Under the pieces are notes generated by a model. The model did no database searches. It saw only the letters and a list, made by a program, of their open reading frames with translations, and was not told the DNA's origin. The translations under genes and the position numbers were made by a program. From contig JARDVH010000137.1 of assembly GCA_030324005.1 (NCBI GenBank), positions 6,721,420 to 6,785,419 of the forward strand: a stretch of DNA of 64,000 bases. Reading direction: 5' to 3'. Origin of the DNA: Negaprion brevirostris. Taxonomy: Eukaryota. Within the stretch, counting starts at the first letter, position 1; each line of letters begins with the position of its first letter. Of this stretch, positions 42,223-55,644 are shown one piece after another.

Positions 42223-42905
42223 TTGTGCATAGTGACGGTGCTCAGCAAAACAATCAGGATCCTGACTTTCCCACTGCTTGCCACTTTAGTAGACAATCCT
42301 GCTGCCATGCCCACGTCTGTCCTCGGCCTGCTGCAACGTTCCAGTGAAGCTCAATGCCAACTGGAGGAATAGCACCTCATCTACTGGTTAGGCACTTTAC
42401 AGCCTTCTGGTGTCAACATTAAATTCAGCAGCTTCAGATGATTTACTGTATCCCACCTCAACTCCTTTGTTTTCATTTTATTTAACTTTTAAACTGTTCT
42501 CTACCTTTTATTTCTTTGTTTTCCTTGGGGGGNNNNNNNNNNNNNNNNNNNNNNNNNNNNNNNNNNNNNNNNNNNNNNNNNNNNNNNNNNNNNNNNNCAA
42601 ACTTCTCCCCTTATTTTCAATTTTACCTCTCTGCCACTCATCTTCACTTGTCACAACCTCCCCCTTGATTTCAGCTTCTCTGCCCTTTCACACCTTCTAT
42701 TCTCTCCATAGACTGCCATTGGCAGCCTTTCCCCTTTCTGTGGCTATGACTCATCTTTCATTCCTTTACCCTACAGTACAAATATCTCCCACTTTCTATG
42801 CCTTTTAGCTTTCATGAAGAGTCATGTGGACTCAAAACGTCAGCTCTTTTCTCTCCCTACAGATGCTGCCAGATCTGCTGAGACTTTGCAACATTTCCTC
42901 TTTTG
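42223..42905 (+). mobile_element. Penelope-like 3' fragment nested in the Gypsy element
   Basis: GIY-YIG C-terminal remnant (ACHF..LGLLQRSSEAQCQLEE) and an end motif tgaagagtcatgtggactcaaaacg. Confidence 0.7.
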
Positions 42906-45149
42906 GTTTATGACACTTAAAGCTGGGCCTGACATGCTGTTAACATGTCACTTTTTGCTTTTCATTTCCTTCAATGTGGTTAGCACAATTGAAACAATGC
43001 ATGCGCTCAATATATTGGGCCCAGTTTTCCCCATTGGTATCATAGGGCTTGATGTTTCTGAAAAAGGGGCATAATGGCCTTGTCTTACTGGAGAGATTCT
43101 TCATGTTTGGAGGTTATTCAGAGGGAAAAATAATTCTTCTCCTCATCACCAATGTGGTAATTCAACCAAATTGCTGTTTCCCAGCACCAACACCCTTTAT
43201 TGCGCAAAGGGAAAAGCCACTCCTGTGGCTTATTCAGGTAGTCTTCATCTCAGGACCTATAACCCCGGTCCAGGTAAACATACAGGCTTAAAAACCCCCC
43301 ACTGACAGCTTTGCATTTGCTTGCTCAATGAGGCAACTTATACTCTGAAGCTCACGGGTTGATGATTCCCCTGTGGCCAGCAAAACATACACTTTCCAGA
43401 GGAAGAAATTGTTATTGTGAAGGAAGTTGATGTTAAGTGATTAGAAATTTCCCCTGTTTTCACTCTGCACAATAGTAAGTAGTTTTAGGTCAACAGTGAT
43501 CAAAGTGAAGTGCAATCCTTTCTCAATTCTCTATCAACAGTATGTCATAAAGCATTCTTAGCATCAGTTTAACAGTTATTTTCTCATCAGCTATTCTTGC
43601 GATCTTCGATAAAATTGTGTACATTGAATATTCAGAATTGAACTAAACTGCATTGTGGATATGTGCCTGTTAATTTTGTTCAAATTCAGTTTACTTAAGA
43701 TCCAGATATGAGAAACTTTTACTCAGTCTGGGTGCGCACAAAGCCATGTCTCAGATGAAAAGGGTTCCAAACCGTGTATCCAAAAAAAGTGCCTAAACCT
43801 CGACAATACCTAGGCCATCTAATAGAAAACGTAGAACAGATTGGATAGCAAAAAACAGAATTATTTTGCTTCAGATTAGTAATTGCTACTGGAACATGAC
43901 TGAAATTTGACCAAGCACCAAAATTCAAAAGCACCGCCACTCAGTTTAACCTTTCTGTAGCCAATTCAGTTTAAAACAACTTAAATCATATTCCAATCTG
44001 AATATTTGATTTGGCAAGAACCTGAAACGGAATGGGAAGACAGGTGCAATTTAATATGACGTAGTAGTGCAGAGTGATTAACTTTGAAAGAAGGATAAAT
44101 ATGCCTAAAAGGTACAGTTCTAATGAGTATGCAGGGAGAGGAGAATCTGGGGGGGTTCAAGTGCACCGATCTTTGAAGATGGCGGGACATATTTGCTTTT
44201 CCTGATATGTATTATTAATCTAGATCTTGACGGGCAGTGAACAATTTCAAAGCTTGCACATGACAAAGCTGTCATGAGGGAGTGCAGAAATTCAAAAGGA
44301 TATAGGCAAATTGGTGGAGTGGCTAAACAGACGGTAGATTAAGTTCAACATGAAGTGTGAGGTGATGCATTTTGCTTGGAAAAACAATACAAAATAAGGA
44401 GTAATCTTAAGAGGAGAACTATTCCAGGAATGAGGGAATTTAGTTACAAGGTTTGATGGGAGAAGCTGGGGTGGTTTTGCTCGGAACAAAGAAAATTAAT
44501 GAGAAATGTGATAGAGGTAGACAAAATTTTGACATATTTAGATCAGGTAGACAATGGAAAGCTGTTCCCGTTATCTTATGGGATGAGAGGGTGGGGGAGG
44601 GGGTGTGGCTGCAGGTTTAAGGAATTGGACAAGAGATGGAGGGAGGAATTCAAAGCATTTTGTTTTGCAGTGTGACTGGAACTCAAATCTCCATTTCTGT
44701 CATAGATAGCATCAATGGTTTCAGAATGAAATGGAATAGGCACTAGAGGGAAATAAACTTGCAGGCTACAGGGATGGGAATGGGATTGACTAGATTGCTG
44801 TAGAAAGCTGACATAGGCTCAGTAGGCTCCATCTGTGCCACAATAACTCGAGTTACAAGCCCATTCCCAATTTAACTTGTTGCGAAAGTACACAACATTG
44901 CTGGCACAATCGCATGAACAATTGTTAATTCTTTGTATAATTCATTGTGTTCTGTTTGATGCCAATTTAAGCTTGAATATGAGTTAACTTCCATTTCGAC
45001 TAACCAGTGATCCCTTCCTTTGTTTTTTTGCAATCTAGTTTGGGACCATTAACACATTTAAACAACTAGCAACTAATGACAGAACTACACCCTGGGATTT
45101 CACATTTAAAAAAAACCCAGACTTTTATTACATATCAAAAGGAATTAAA

Positions 45150-46460
45150 CCATGGAGTACCTATAATGCAGGAGGCCACTATTTGGTCCAGTATCTGCAC
45201 CAACTCTCCAACAAAACATCTTACGCAGCCAACCATACCCTAACCAGCCTCTCCTCAAAGTTGAAACTTGCCAACCCAGGCAACGTCCTGGTAAATCTCC
45301 TCTGCACCCTTTCTAGTACAATCACATCTTTCCTATAGTGTGGCGACCAGAACTACATATAGTATTCTTGCTGTGGCTTAGTGAGCATTTTACGAGCTAC
45401 ATCAAAATCTGTTCTATATCTCAGCAAATAGGACATATTTAGGGATACTTGCCTCATTAACTTATCCACCTACCTTATTGCCTTCAGGATCTTTGGATAT
45501 GCACCTCAAGGGCCCTACAGTCCACCACTTCCCAACATCCTACTACATGTCATCAATGAAGACAAACATCTCACTAAGGCCATCCCCACACCCCCACTAC
45601 TTGCCTTCAAACAACCGCGCAACAGACCACTGCTTGCAGCAAACTACCCGTCCTTCAGGAGAACAGTGACCAGGACACCACACGATCCTGCCACATTATC
45701 CTCTGCGAGGCATACCACTGGATCATTGACATGGATGCCATCATCTCATGTGAGAAGTACATATTCATGTGATTCGGCCAAAGTTGGCTATTTCATACGC
45801 TGCAAGATGTCCCAAGGCATGGTACATTGCTGACACCATGCAGATGCTACGACAACAGATAAACAAACACCATTCAACAACCACCAGGCAGGAGTGTTCC
45901 CTTCCTAATCAAGGAACACTTGAGCAGTCAAGGGCATTCAGCCTCCAATCTTCAGGTAAACGTTCTCCAAGGAGGCCTCAGAATTGCTGAGCAGAAACTG
46001 ATAGCCACGTTCCACAAGACGGCCTCAACTGGGATCTTGGGTTCATGTCACATCATGTGTAACCTCAGCATTTAGCCTGGGCTTGCAACACCTTAATAAC
46101 TGTCCTGGCTTGAGACATTCACAGCTCTTTAAACTTGTCATTATTCCTTGCTCCACTCCCACTGTCTGTACCTATAAACACTCGCATTCCAGCCATTATC
46201 TTGCAATTGAATCTATGTCTATATATGCCCCATTTGTGAACCCAACTCTCCACTCACCCAATGAAGGGGCAGTGCTCCAAAAGCTCAATACCAAATAAAC
46301 CTGTTAGACTCCAAGCTGGTGCTGTGAGACTTGTCACTGATCCTACTGTTGACTGTGTATTCCCTAGCATTGTTAGACTTCCCAAAATGCATCACCTCAC
46401 ATTTTCCAGGGTTAAATTCCATTCGCCACTGCTTTGCGCATCTGACCAGCCATCGACATT
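45150..46460. mobile_element. CR1 3' fragment (-) interrupted by a Penelope-like element (+, ~45515-46330)
   Basis: CPKAWYIADTMQMLRQQINKH in ORF 45769..45990; terminal caaataaacctgttagactccaagctggtg. Confidence 0.75.
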
Positions 46461-47619
46461 CTGGGAAATCACATGAATAGCTTATTCTTCACTGAAGGAC
46501 TGCAAACATCATGTCTCCAGCTCTGTAGCCAAGCACATTCACCCTGTTGCTTATTTTGCCTTTCCAGCTGTTAGCCTCAACCTTGTAACTATAGTAGACT
46601 CCAAGCATGTTTGAATTGCTTTCACTTCAGGGTTGCTTTTAACAGTTTGTCCACCAGATACGTTACTTCTCTATTGTTCAAACTTCAATTCTTAAAACAA
46701 AAAGTTACATTCTAAAATACACAAATTATGAACTGAATATTCGCAACATCTTCTAGACTACACACAATCTGTTCCTTTAACTTGAATCTGCACGGCAAGA
46801 TGATATTTGAATATAAAAAAATCCAAATGACTATTGAAATGCTTCTCAAACGTGGTGCAAAAACTTCACAACATTAAGATCAATTATTTCACTTAAAAAT
46901 CTTTCTGAAATAATATTTCAGGAGTGTTTCTCAGGCACTTTGCTGTCAATGCTTGCAGAGGGAACATCCTTCACATGCATCTCCCTGCACAAATGTGGAT
47001 TTAATTGCACTGTGGTTTTTAAAAAGTAGTTGGTCCACAACGAAGAATTAAATTCTTTAGCAAATCAATTTGTCTTTTCACTGTCAGGTGACAGGATAGT
47101 GCAGGCTCATGCCCAGGCTGACTTACAATTGACTAGATTTAACTGATGTGATTCAGTTAGTGTGGGAATTTGTTTAATTCAAATTGTAGATGAATTCCGT
47201 GAACTTTCATTGTCAGCTGTTTTCTCTGTTAATTCATTTCAAATTAACAGATGATTTAATTTTACTGACTTCCAGTTAATATTTTAAATTTGAGAAATAG
47301 ACCAAAAACTTGGATAAAATTGCCAGTAACTGAATTACCATACAAAACTAGCTTTAGATTTTTGCAATATTTAAATTAACTACAATTCCGTAACTGGATT
47401 TAATGACCTAAACCTTTGCAGCCAAGTCAGAGTTCAATTGTTATTTGGATCAGGAAACTTTGGGGATTGGAATGTGCTTGTCAATTAGAGATGGAAGCGA
47501 GGGATGCAGGTATTGTGTGCACGTTAACGTAGCTTAAAAAATTGCTAACATTAACTGAAGAGTCAGTGAGACAGAAAATACACTTATAAAATTGGGTGGT
47601 GGCATTGTACAACTTAAAA

Positions 47620-48215
47620 GGGAGGAAGACAGAAAGCAGGAAATTACAGCCTATTATCTGCCATAGGGATAAAGTTAGAGGCCATTATTAAAGATGTTAG
47701 ATCAGGACATTTGGAAAAATTGAAAGCAAATCAGCAGAATCAACATGATTTTGTGAAAGGGAAATCATGTTTAACCAATTTATTGGAACTAATTGAAGGA
47801 GTCACATGTACTGTGGGAAACCAGTGGATGCACTGTACTTCAACTTCCAAAAGGCATTTNNNNNNNNNNNNNNNNNNNNNNNNNNNNNNNNNNNNNNNNN
47901 NNNNNNNNNNNNNNNNNNNNNNNNNNNNNNNNNNNNNNNNNNNNNNNNNNNNNNNNNNNTTACAATTTATATAATGACTTGGATGAAGGGATTGATGGTC
48001 TGTTGCTAAATTTGCTAATGACGCAAAGACAGATAGGAAAGTAAATTGTGAAGAGAACATAAGGACAGAAATAAGTTCATAGGTTAAACGAGTGGGAAAA
48101 ATCTGGCTGGTGGAGTACAAGGTGAAAAAAAATGTCAAATTGTCCATTTCATCAGCAAGAATAAAAAAGCTCATTCTCTAAATGGTGAGATTGGAATTCG
48201 GAGGTGCAGAGGAAT
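47620..48215 (+). mobile_element. CR1 LINE RT fragment
   Basis: QHDFVKGKSCLTNLLE and VDALYFNFQKAF. Confidence 0.85.
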
Positions 48216-50671
48216 CTATAAGAGCAATATGCCTCTTACAGACTTAAACCCTGCCCCCCCTTTAAAATTAGTCAGCAAGAGTTTTCAGTACACATCTGGA
48301 GCAAGAGACCAAAGCAGGTAGACACATCCTGCTTCTTTCAAAACCAGGCAGTAACTGGTTGGTGTTTTAAAAAAAAGAGAACCTGTGCATCTTTCCTGCA
48401 AGCTTAGCTCCTTTCATTAAGCACATGACTCTGCCACTGAATTAACCTAATCAGAAAATCTACTCTGAAACCCCAGGGAAAACCCAAGTAATCACAAATG
48501 CATTTGCTCAGCTTAAAACTACCACCCCAGGTAATTATCCTGTTCTCCCAGCTACCAATATAAAAGGATTTCTTTGACAAATTGGCACCTTGCAAACCAG
48601 GTCTGAGTTCTAAACATACTCCTCACAATAAATATGATGCACATACATTTCTTAAAGGCACAGTTTCACAAAAGAGCAGGAGGCAACCTGATTGAAACCT
48701 TTAAGATTACAGAGGTATCGAAAGGGTGGATGTTCAGAGGATGCTTCCTCTGTTGGAGAAGCTAGAACAAGCTCGTTCAGTTTTTTTGTTCTGGAGACCC
48801 CATTTGTATATTTTCCTTACTTAAGGGCCGATGAGCAAATTTCAAAGAAAGTAACGCTTGGCACAACAATCAACTAAACTGCAGAAAAAGTTGTGGTTTT
48901 AAAGAACAATTGCTGAACAAATGTAAAGCAATGTCATAACAATAAATTGAATTTTTAAAAAAGTGAGCAATGAAATTTAGCAAAACACTGGAGAATCAAT
49001 GCGTACGGGTGGGGATGCATGTGCATGTCTGTTCACGTCTGGCAGGAAGAGCAAGTGAAGAAACTGAGACTGGCCACGAAGCAAACACCTACTCATTTGT
49101 TCGGTCAGTCACTTCCATGCCACCCCTGTCTCCCCCCTCCCCCCCCCTCCCAAATCCGGCCAACTTTTCCCCGCAGTCAAGGAGCTAACGGGTAAAAAAA
49201 TCTGAACCATAACATTTGGTATTACAATAAACTAAACAGTATGTCAAAAACAGTTGAGGTGTTAAAAAGGTAACAATTCCTGAGTAAATATAAAGAACAT
49301 TAATTTGATAAATTTAAGAGAAATCACTCATTTTAAAATATAACCAGGTTAGAGTGTCAAAATGGGTATGTGTTCAGTTCACCAGTTATCTCGCAGTGCA
49401 AATGGGTGTGAGAGTGTGTTGGGGAGGGGGTGGTTAGAAGAAGTAAAGTTTATCAGTCACAAGTACGGCTGACATTAACACTGCAATTAAGTTATTGCGA
49501 AATTCTGAGAGTGAGTGAGAATAATGAGATTGAGTTCAAGAGACTGTCTCATCCACAACACTGCCCCCCACTCCATACAATGAAGCACATGCTGCCCCCT
49601 CCACATACCCATGCTCATGTTGCCATGCTCTTCATGCTGCCACCCTTCTTCCACGAGTGCACACAGGAACACCTCTCCCCATTTCTGCACTCGTTGCCAA
49701 ACACCTCTGCCACACATTTACCCACCCTGCAAAAAGGAGTTCCTCAGTCTATCACAAAAAGCCCCTTTCTGGTGTTGGGGACCAGATCAGAAACTCCACG
49801 GGGCAAAGACCCCAACGTTTGCATTTGAATTCAGCACTAGAGTGAGCATAAGATGTGATTCAAGCAACCCACTAGAAAAGCTTTTATCAAAGCAAACTTT
49901 AAAGAACAGAATGTAACAAAAAAGTTAGCGTAACTTAAAACCAAAATACTTTAACATGATGAAGTATTATTCTTAACAGCTAGCTATCTCCATTGTTCCA
50001 ATTTAAAGCAATATCCCCATAAGCATACACCCCTCTTCAGAATTAGTTAGCACAAAAAACAAATATGCTCACTTGATTCTAGACTTCCAGCCTCAACACT
50101 TCTGGACAGAGATCCAGATAGCAGTTTCCAAAAGATATATCCTCAAAACAGCAAAAGTTCAGAGAAATCAACCCAGTCTCCTGCAGGTCCCAGTCTCCAG
50201 ACAGAGACAGAAAGGGATGCCTCTCTTTTCTACAACTTCCAAAACAGCAGCTCTCAGAGTAAGATTCACACTCATACATCAGAATCTCTAAGAGACTTAG
50301 CTCCTGGCAAATTCCAGTCTCTAACTTGAGGGATAAAGAGAGACACTGCTCTCTAACAGAAATGCAGCATCTAAACAGCAACTAAGGCAGAATTGTGTAA
50401 GACGCACACCACCCAGTAATATAGCCTTAACTGTCAATCAACTTAACCAAGTCCTACCCTGCAAAATCCTTGGGGAAAACAGTAACAACAGAACAGCTTT
50501 AGTCCAGATTAAAACAAACATTGTAGCAATTAAGATCAATTATGCTGCTGCAGTAACAATACAGGGTGCCAGTTATAGACAAAGCAGCTTCAAGTGTATA
50601 AGACTGCTAGAAGAAATGTATTTTGAGTCATCCCTTGAAGGCACAGTACTAGCACACTGGGTGCCAGACCT

Positions 50672-50905
50672 AGTAAGAAGTCTCACAACACTAGGTTAAA
50701 ATCCAACAGGTTTATTCAATAGCAAACACCACTAGCTTTCAGTGCCCTGCTCCTTCATCAGCTAAGTGGGAGTTCTGTCCACAAACTGAGCCTGACAAAG
50801 GAGTAGTGCTCCAAAAGTTAGTGGTGTTTGCTACCAAATAAACCTGTGTTGAGAGACTTCTTACTGTGCTTACCCAAGTCCAATACCAACGTCTCCACAT
50901 CGTGC
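50672..50905. mobile_element. Miniature fold-back Penelope-derived element
   Basis: Inverted arms agtaagaagtctc...ctccttcatcag and ctgacaaaggag...gagacttcttact. Confidence 0.7.
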
Positions 50906-51614
50906 CTGAGACCTATCCAGGCCTACCAGAACAAGCACCAGACACATAGGTCTGCCTCTAGCTACCTCAGCTCTATTGATTTCATCCACCCCCTCAGTTT
51001 GAAAATGAAGGAAAACTCATTTAACAGAAGGATTCCCCCACCTCTCCCTCCCAGAAGATCTTGAGTCTCTGGAATTTCCTTCTCCAAAAGTCAGTGGAAA
51101 CAGAATCCATCTACTTCTATGCAAGTTAAGACTTAAATAGGTCAGTAAAACGTTGTTTGTCTTGCACAGAAAACGATAACGTCTGAAACGTCCCCTCCAA
51201 CTTGGAAAATCACCATTCTGTGTGGGGTTAAGGAAATGACAAACCCACTGCGTGCAATTCTAATACATAGGGACGACAGTCCTGCAGGATAATCCAAGAA
51301 CATGGCACATTAGATATAATTAAAGATTATATATAGCCCATATTACATGGAAAAATGTGTCAAAGCACTTGACAGATATTAAATGTTTTGTTTTAATTTC
51401 ACTTTCAGCAGATTCTCACAGGATATTTTTAAAATACAAGCTCTTTCCAGGCTTCGTATAACTATCAAAGAAGAACAGAAAAACAAGCACTCAGATCCGG
51501 TACTGTTTCTTCAGCCAGTCAGAGGATTGAGGCCTAGCACCTGCGGAGGGCCTAGTTCAGTCTGATCAATGGAGCCGCATGACTCAGTGACTCTGAGAAA
51601 TACATTGCACTCAC

Positions 51615-51719
51615 TTGAGCCATCTTCTCGCACTCAGGGAGCTGCTGGTCCACGGTGGAGCTATAATCCATCTCCATCTTCACAATTCGGCCATCGGCTC
51701 GCTCAGTTGCCTCCGACAT
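51615..51719 (-). CDS. PSMD12: PSMD12 coding exon 1 ([35 protein letters not shown])
   Basis: Manual translation matches the vertebrate PSMD12 N-terminus ([20 protein letters not shown]). ATG at 51719; donor GTGAGT follows 51615; adjacent to a CpG island. Confidence 0.96.
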
Positions 51720-52200
51720 CTTCGCAGACTGCTTAACTTTTGCCTATAATTGCTGCCTCTGTTTTCGCGATTGCTCCCTTTATTTTCCCTCTGAATGGAA
51801 GGAAGGAACAACCCCTCGCTCGCGCACGCGCGTAGACACAGACCGCAATGGCTGCGCCTCAAGCCGGCGTAACTCAGTAACGGTCGGCCGCGCGAGGGCA
51901 AGTGACGCCGGAAGGCGCACGTCACGTTAGTACCAGCCCCGCCCTCATGTTGGCGTCAGTCCTGCCCTCCAGCACGAGCCTCGCCCCATGTTCGCGCCAG
52001 CGGCAACCCACCTGTTGGTGCAAGCCCCGCTCCCGGGGTTGGCACTAGCCCCAACCCGCTCCTGTGCGCGTGCACTTTTAGCCCTGATCAATGCTGGAAG
52101 CGGTTTCGGCCCAGATTAACCTCAGCTCCGCCCCCATGCTGGCTTCAGGCGCGCGTCTTCCGTACCGGGGTCAGCCCCGCCCCTCCCGCCGTCCGCACTC
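51720..52200 (-). promoter_or_regulatory. PSMD12 CpG-island promoter and 5'UTR
   Basis: CpG-rich against a CpG-depleted background. Motifs: NRF1-like GCGCACGCGC (51822-51831), ETS CCGGAAG (51908-51914), CRE-like CACGTCACG (51918-51926) and GC box CCCCGCCC (51937-51944). Runs into an N gap at 52201. Confidence 0.85.
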
Positions 52201-52922
52201 NNNNNNNNNNNNNNNNNNNNNNNNNNNNNNNNNNNNNNNNNNNNNNNNNNNNNNNNNNNNNNNNNNNNNNNNNNNNNNNNNNNNNNNNNNNNNNNNNNNN
52301 NNNNNNNNNNNNNNNNNNNNNNNNNNNNNNNNNNNNNNNNNNNNNNNNNNNNNNNNNNNNNNNNNNNNNNNNNNNNNNNNNNNNNNNNNNNNNNNNNNNN
52401 NNNNNNNNNNNNNNNNNNNNNNNNNNNNNNNNNNNNNNNNNNNNNNNNNNNNNNNNNNNNNNNNNNNNNNNNNNNNNNNNNNNNNNNNNNNNNNNNNNNN
52501 NNNNNNNNNNNNNNNNNNNNNNNNNNNNNNNNNNNNNNNNNNNNNNNNNNNNNNNNNNNNNNNNNNNNNNNNNNNNNNNNNNNNNNNNNNNNNNNNNNNN
52601 NNNNNNNNNNNNNNNNNNNNNNNNNNNNNNNNNNNNNNNNNNNNNNNNNNNNNNNNNNNNNNNNNNNNNNNNNNNNNNNNNNNNNNNNNNNNNNNNNNNN
52701 NNNNNNNNNNNNNNNNNNNNNNNNNNNNNNNNNNNNNNNNNNNNNNNNNNNNNNNNNNNNNNNNNNNNNNNNNNNNNNNNNNNNNNNNNNNNNNNNNNNN
52801 NNNNNNNNNNNNNNNNNNNNNNNNNNNNNNNNNNNNNNNNNNNNNNNGTTTCAGTTATAGCCAGGGTGTAGAGAAAGATCAACTTAATATGAGGGGGGTC
52901 CATTCAAAAGTCAGGGAAGAAG

Positions 52923-53060
52923 CTGTTCTTTAGTCATCTTTGATCTTGTTTATGGGGACTATGAATTGCATTCAATGTGAATTTGTTTTTTGGAGGAAGC
53001 AAGGAATGGATTGGGGTTGGCCTGGTCCACTCTGAACGTTGGCTTTGTAACTTTAAGAAT
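52923..53060 (+). repeat. U2-derived element, 5'-truncated (copy 2)
   Basis: Shares ctgttctt...ggggactatgaattgcattcaatgtgaattt...aaggaatggattggggttggcctggtccactct...ctttgta with copy 1. Confidence 0.7.
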
Positions 53061-55644
53061 GGAGTACAAATTTTAAAAAAATGTTCATTCACGTTTCAGT
53101 ACTCAAATATGGTACAAACATTTAGCAAAGTGACTTTTACTCAAAACTCTTAACCACCTGAGGTTGTTTCATTTCTTTGGCGAGGTATAGGAGCCAATGA
53201 GCTTCCAATTTCTTTTTTGCCACGATGACAACTATGATGATCGTTATGATGCAAAAATGATTAAACTGGCAAACTTGACAGGTTCTAATGACTTCTACTC
53301 ATCCTCGAGATTTTGTAATGTTCGTAAATGCATTTTTGTTTCTGTATGTTGTAATTGCAGGAGTGGTAGGTTTTTACCTGTTTATTGAAATGCAGTCCGT
53401 CAAACAGGATCTACATCTAGTTGGAAAATAATAGGGCTCCACAGTAAGATAAAAACAAATTACCACGGGTGCTGGAATCTGAAATAAAAACAGAAAATGC
53501 TGGGAAATTTTAGCAGATCTGACAGTATCTGTGGAGTGAAAATAGAGCCAACGTTTCAAGTATGGATGACCTTTCATCGGCTCCTCGGTACCTGTTCTCT
53601 TTGTAGATCAACTTGATCATCCTTGGAAACTACATTTTCACATACTCACTGCTCACACCTGTTGATGAATAAATGTTAGATTTTTGCGCCACCTTTATAA
53701 GTTTCAATGTTCTTGTTTATTATGGAATTTGCCTATGTAAATTTGACGCTCCTTGTGATCACTAGGTTTCCAGAACCATTTTCTTTCTGTGGAATGGGGG
53801 AGAAATAATTGCCCATCCCTATTTGCCCTTCAGAAAATGATGGTGAGCAATTTTTTAAAATTGTTGCAGTCTGTGTGTTGCAGATAGATTCACAATGCTG
53901 TTAGCACGTGTATTCCAGGCTTTTGACCCACCAGCAGTAAAGGAACGACAGTATATTTCCAAATCAGGTAATCTTGCAGCTGGTATTCCCAGCTACCTGC
54001 TGCGCTTGTCCCACTAAGTGGTAGAAGCCGTGGGTTTGCAAGATGCTGTCCTGACCCTTAGTGAGTTGCTGTAGTACATCTTGTAAATGGGACATATAGC
54101 AGTTATGGCATGCAGTACGTAATCCTGTATAATGTTTATGGCCAATGGTGATCCCCAGGATGCTGATGGTGGGGTGATTCAGTCATGGTAATACTTCTGA
54201 ATGCCATGGGGAGGTGATCAGCTTCCCTGTTGTTGGAGATGGTTAATACCTGATACTTATGTATTGTGTATGTTACTTGCCACATATCAACTGCAGTCTG
54301 AATGCTGTCTAAGGCTTTCTGCATGCAGGCAGATCCTGATTCATTGCATTGTTATGAAAACCAACTTAACTTCTTGGTGAGAATGAAGGTCGGGAGCTTC
54401 AAATCTCAATTGAAGAAAAGCCTTGACAATCAAAGAGTGGTTGGGAGAAGCCCTGATGGTGCAAGAAGGCTACAGAAGGTTGGTGACGCCATGTTTCCAG
54501 CTATACTGGTTGAAGGTAACCCTTTGGAGCAATAGGTGTGGGCGGAGAACTGAGTTATGCTTGTGCATTGGTGCTTCAGTGCATATTTTTGGAATTCAGG
54601 GAATGGAATCTTGGAAGAAGAGATTGAAACCTCACAAGGTGGGCTGTCAACGCAGCGGTGTTGCTGGCGGTGGGATCAGAAGAGTACGATGGCAGAACTG
54701 GCCAGAAACTCTCAGCCATGAACTCTGTCTTAATTATATCTGCCAGTTGTACAGAATGGTATGTTCTACCACAGTTTGCCTGTTAATTCACACCTACTGT
54801 ACATTAACCTTGAATGTTAAAGTTTAAGGTAGATATTGTAAATTATTTTACCTTTCTGACACATATCTTAAAATTTATTTTTGTTTGTTCAAAACCCATG
54901 GAATCATGTGGCCTTATTCTCTTGGCAGGTGAATTGAATTTCAGATCTTTTCTACTTTAAGCAGTGTTATTGATCCCAAAACTGGATCATCCCAAAAACG
55001 GGGCCCAGTCCAGGATCTTAAAAATAAAAGGAGCCATGAATGGAACTGAACACTGTACAATCATCAGCAAACACCCTCATGTCTGATCTTATGAAAGAAG
55101 AAAGGCCTTTAATGAAAGAGAGACAGCTGTTTGGGCCTAGGATACTGAGGAACACCTGCATGATCCTCTCAAGTTTTCAGCACTGCTGCCAGGATGTTGC
55201 CTTGGTACATAAGTTTTCTGTATCCATTGGCTTCCAGCCATTTCTTGATAACACACAGAAAATTGAAATGGCTGTAGACTGGCATCTGTGATCCTGGGAT
55301 CTCAGAAGGAGGCTGAAATGGATTATCCAGTTGGTACCTTTGGCTGAAGAATTGATACAAATGCTTCAGTTTTACTTTGGAACTGCCATGTTGAGTTCTG
55401 CAATAATTGAAGATAGGATATAAAGGGAGCCACTCCTATGACTAGTTATATAATTGTCTATCACCATTCATGACAGGCTGTAACAGGACTGCACAGATTT
55501 GATTGTTTGTTACAGAATTGCTTATCTCTGTCTTTGGCATGCTGCTTTACTGTTTACAATGCATGTAGTCCTGTGTCATAACTTCACCAGATTGGCACTT
55601 CATTTTTTGGTATGCATGGTGGTACTCATGGCTTGCTCTTCTAC

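Larger units (their letters stand above)
38259..43387 (-). mobile_element. Decayed Gypsy LTR retrotransposon in PSMD12 intron 1
   Basis: Integrase motifs HVNFAGPF, HPLSNGLAKQAV, TTGEAPAEQLMG and VSKMKVLASSNVWLGLDSDI. LTR at 38259-38726 (TGTTA...TAACA) with an adjacent polypurine tract; related LTR-like sequence at ~43160-43387. Confidence 0.75.
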
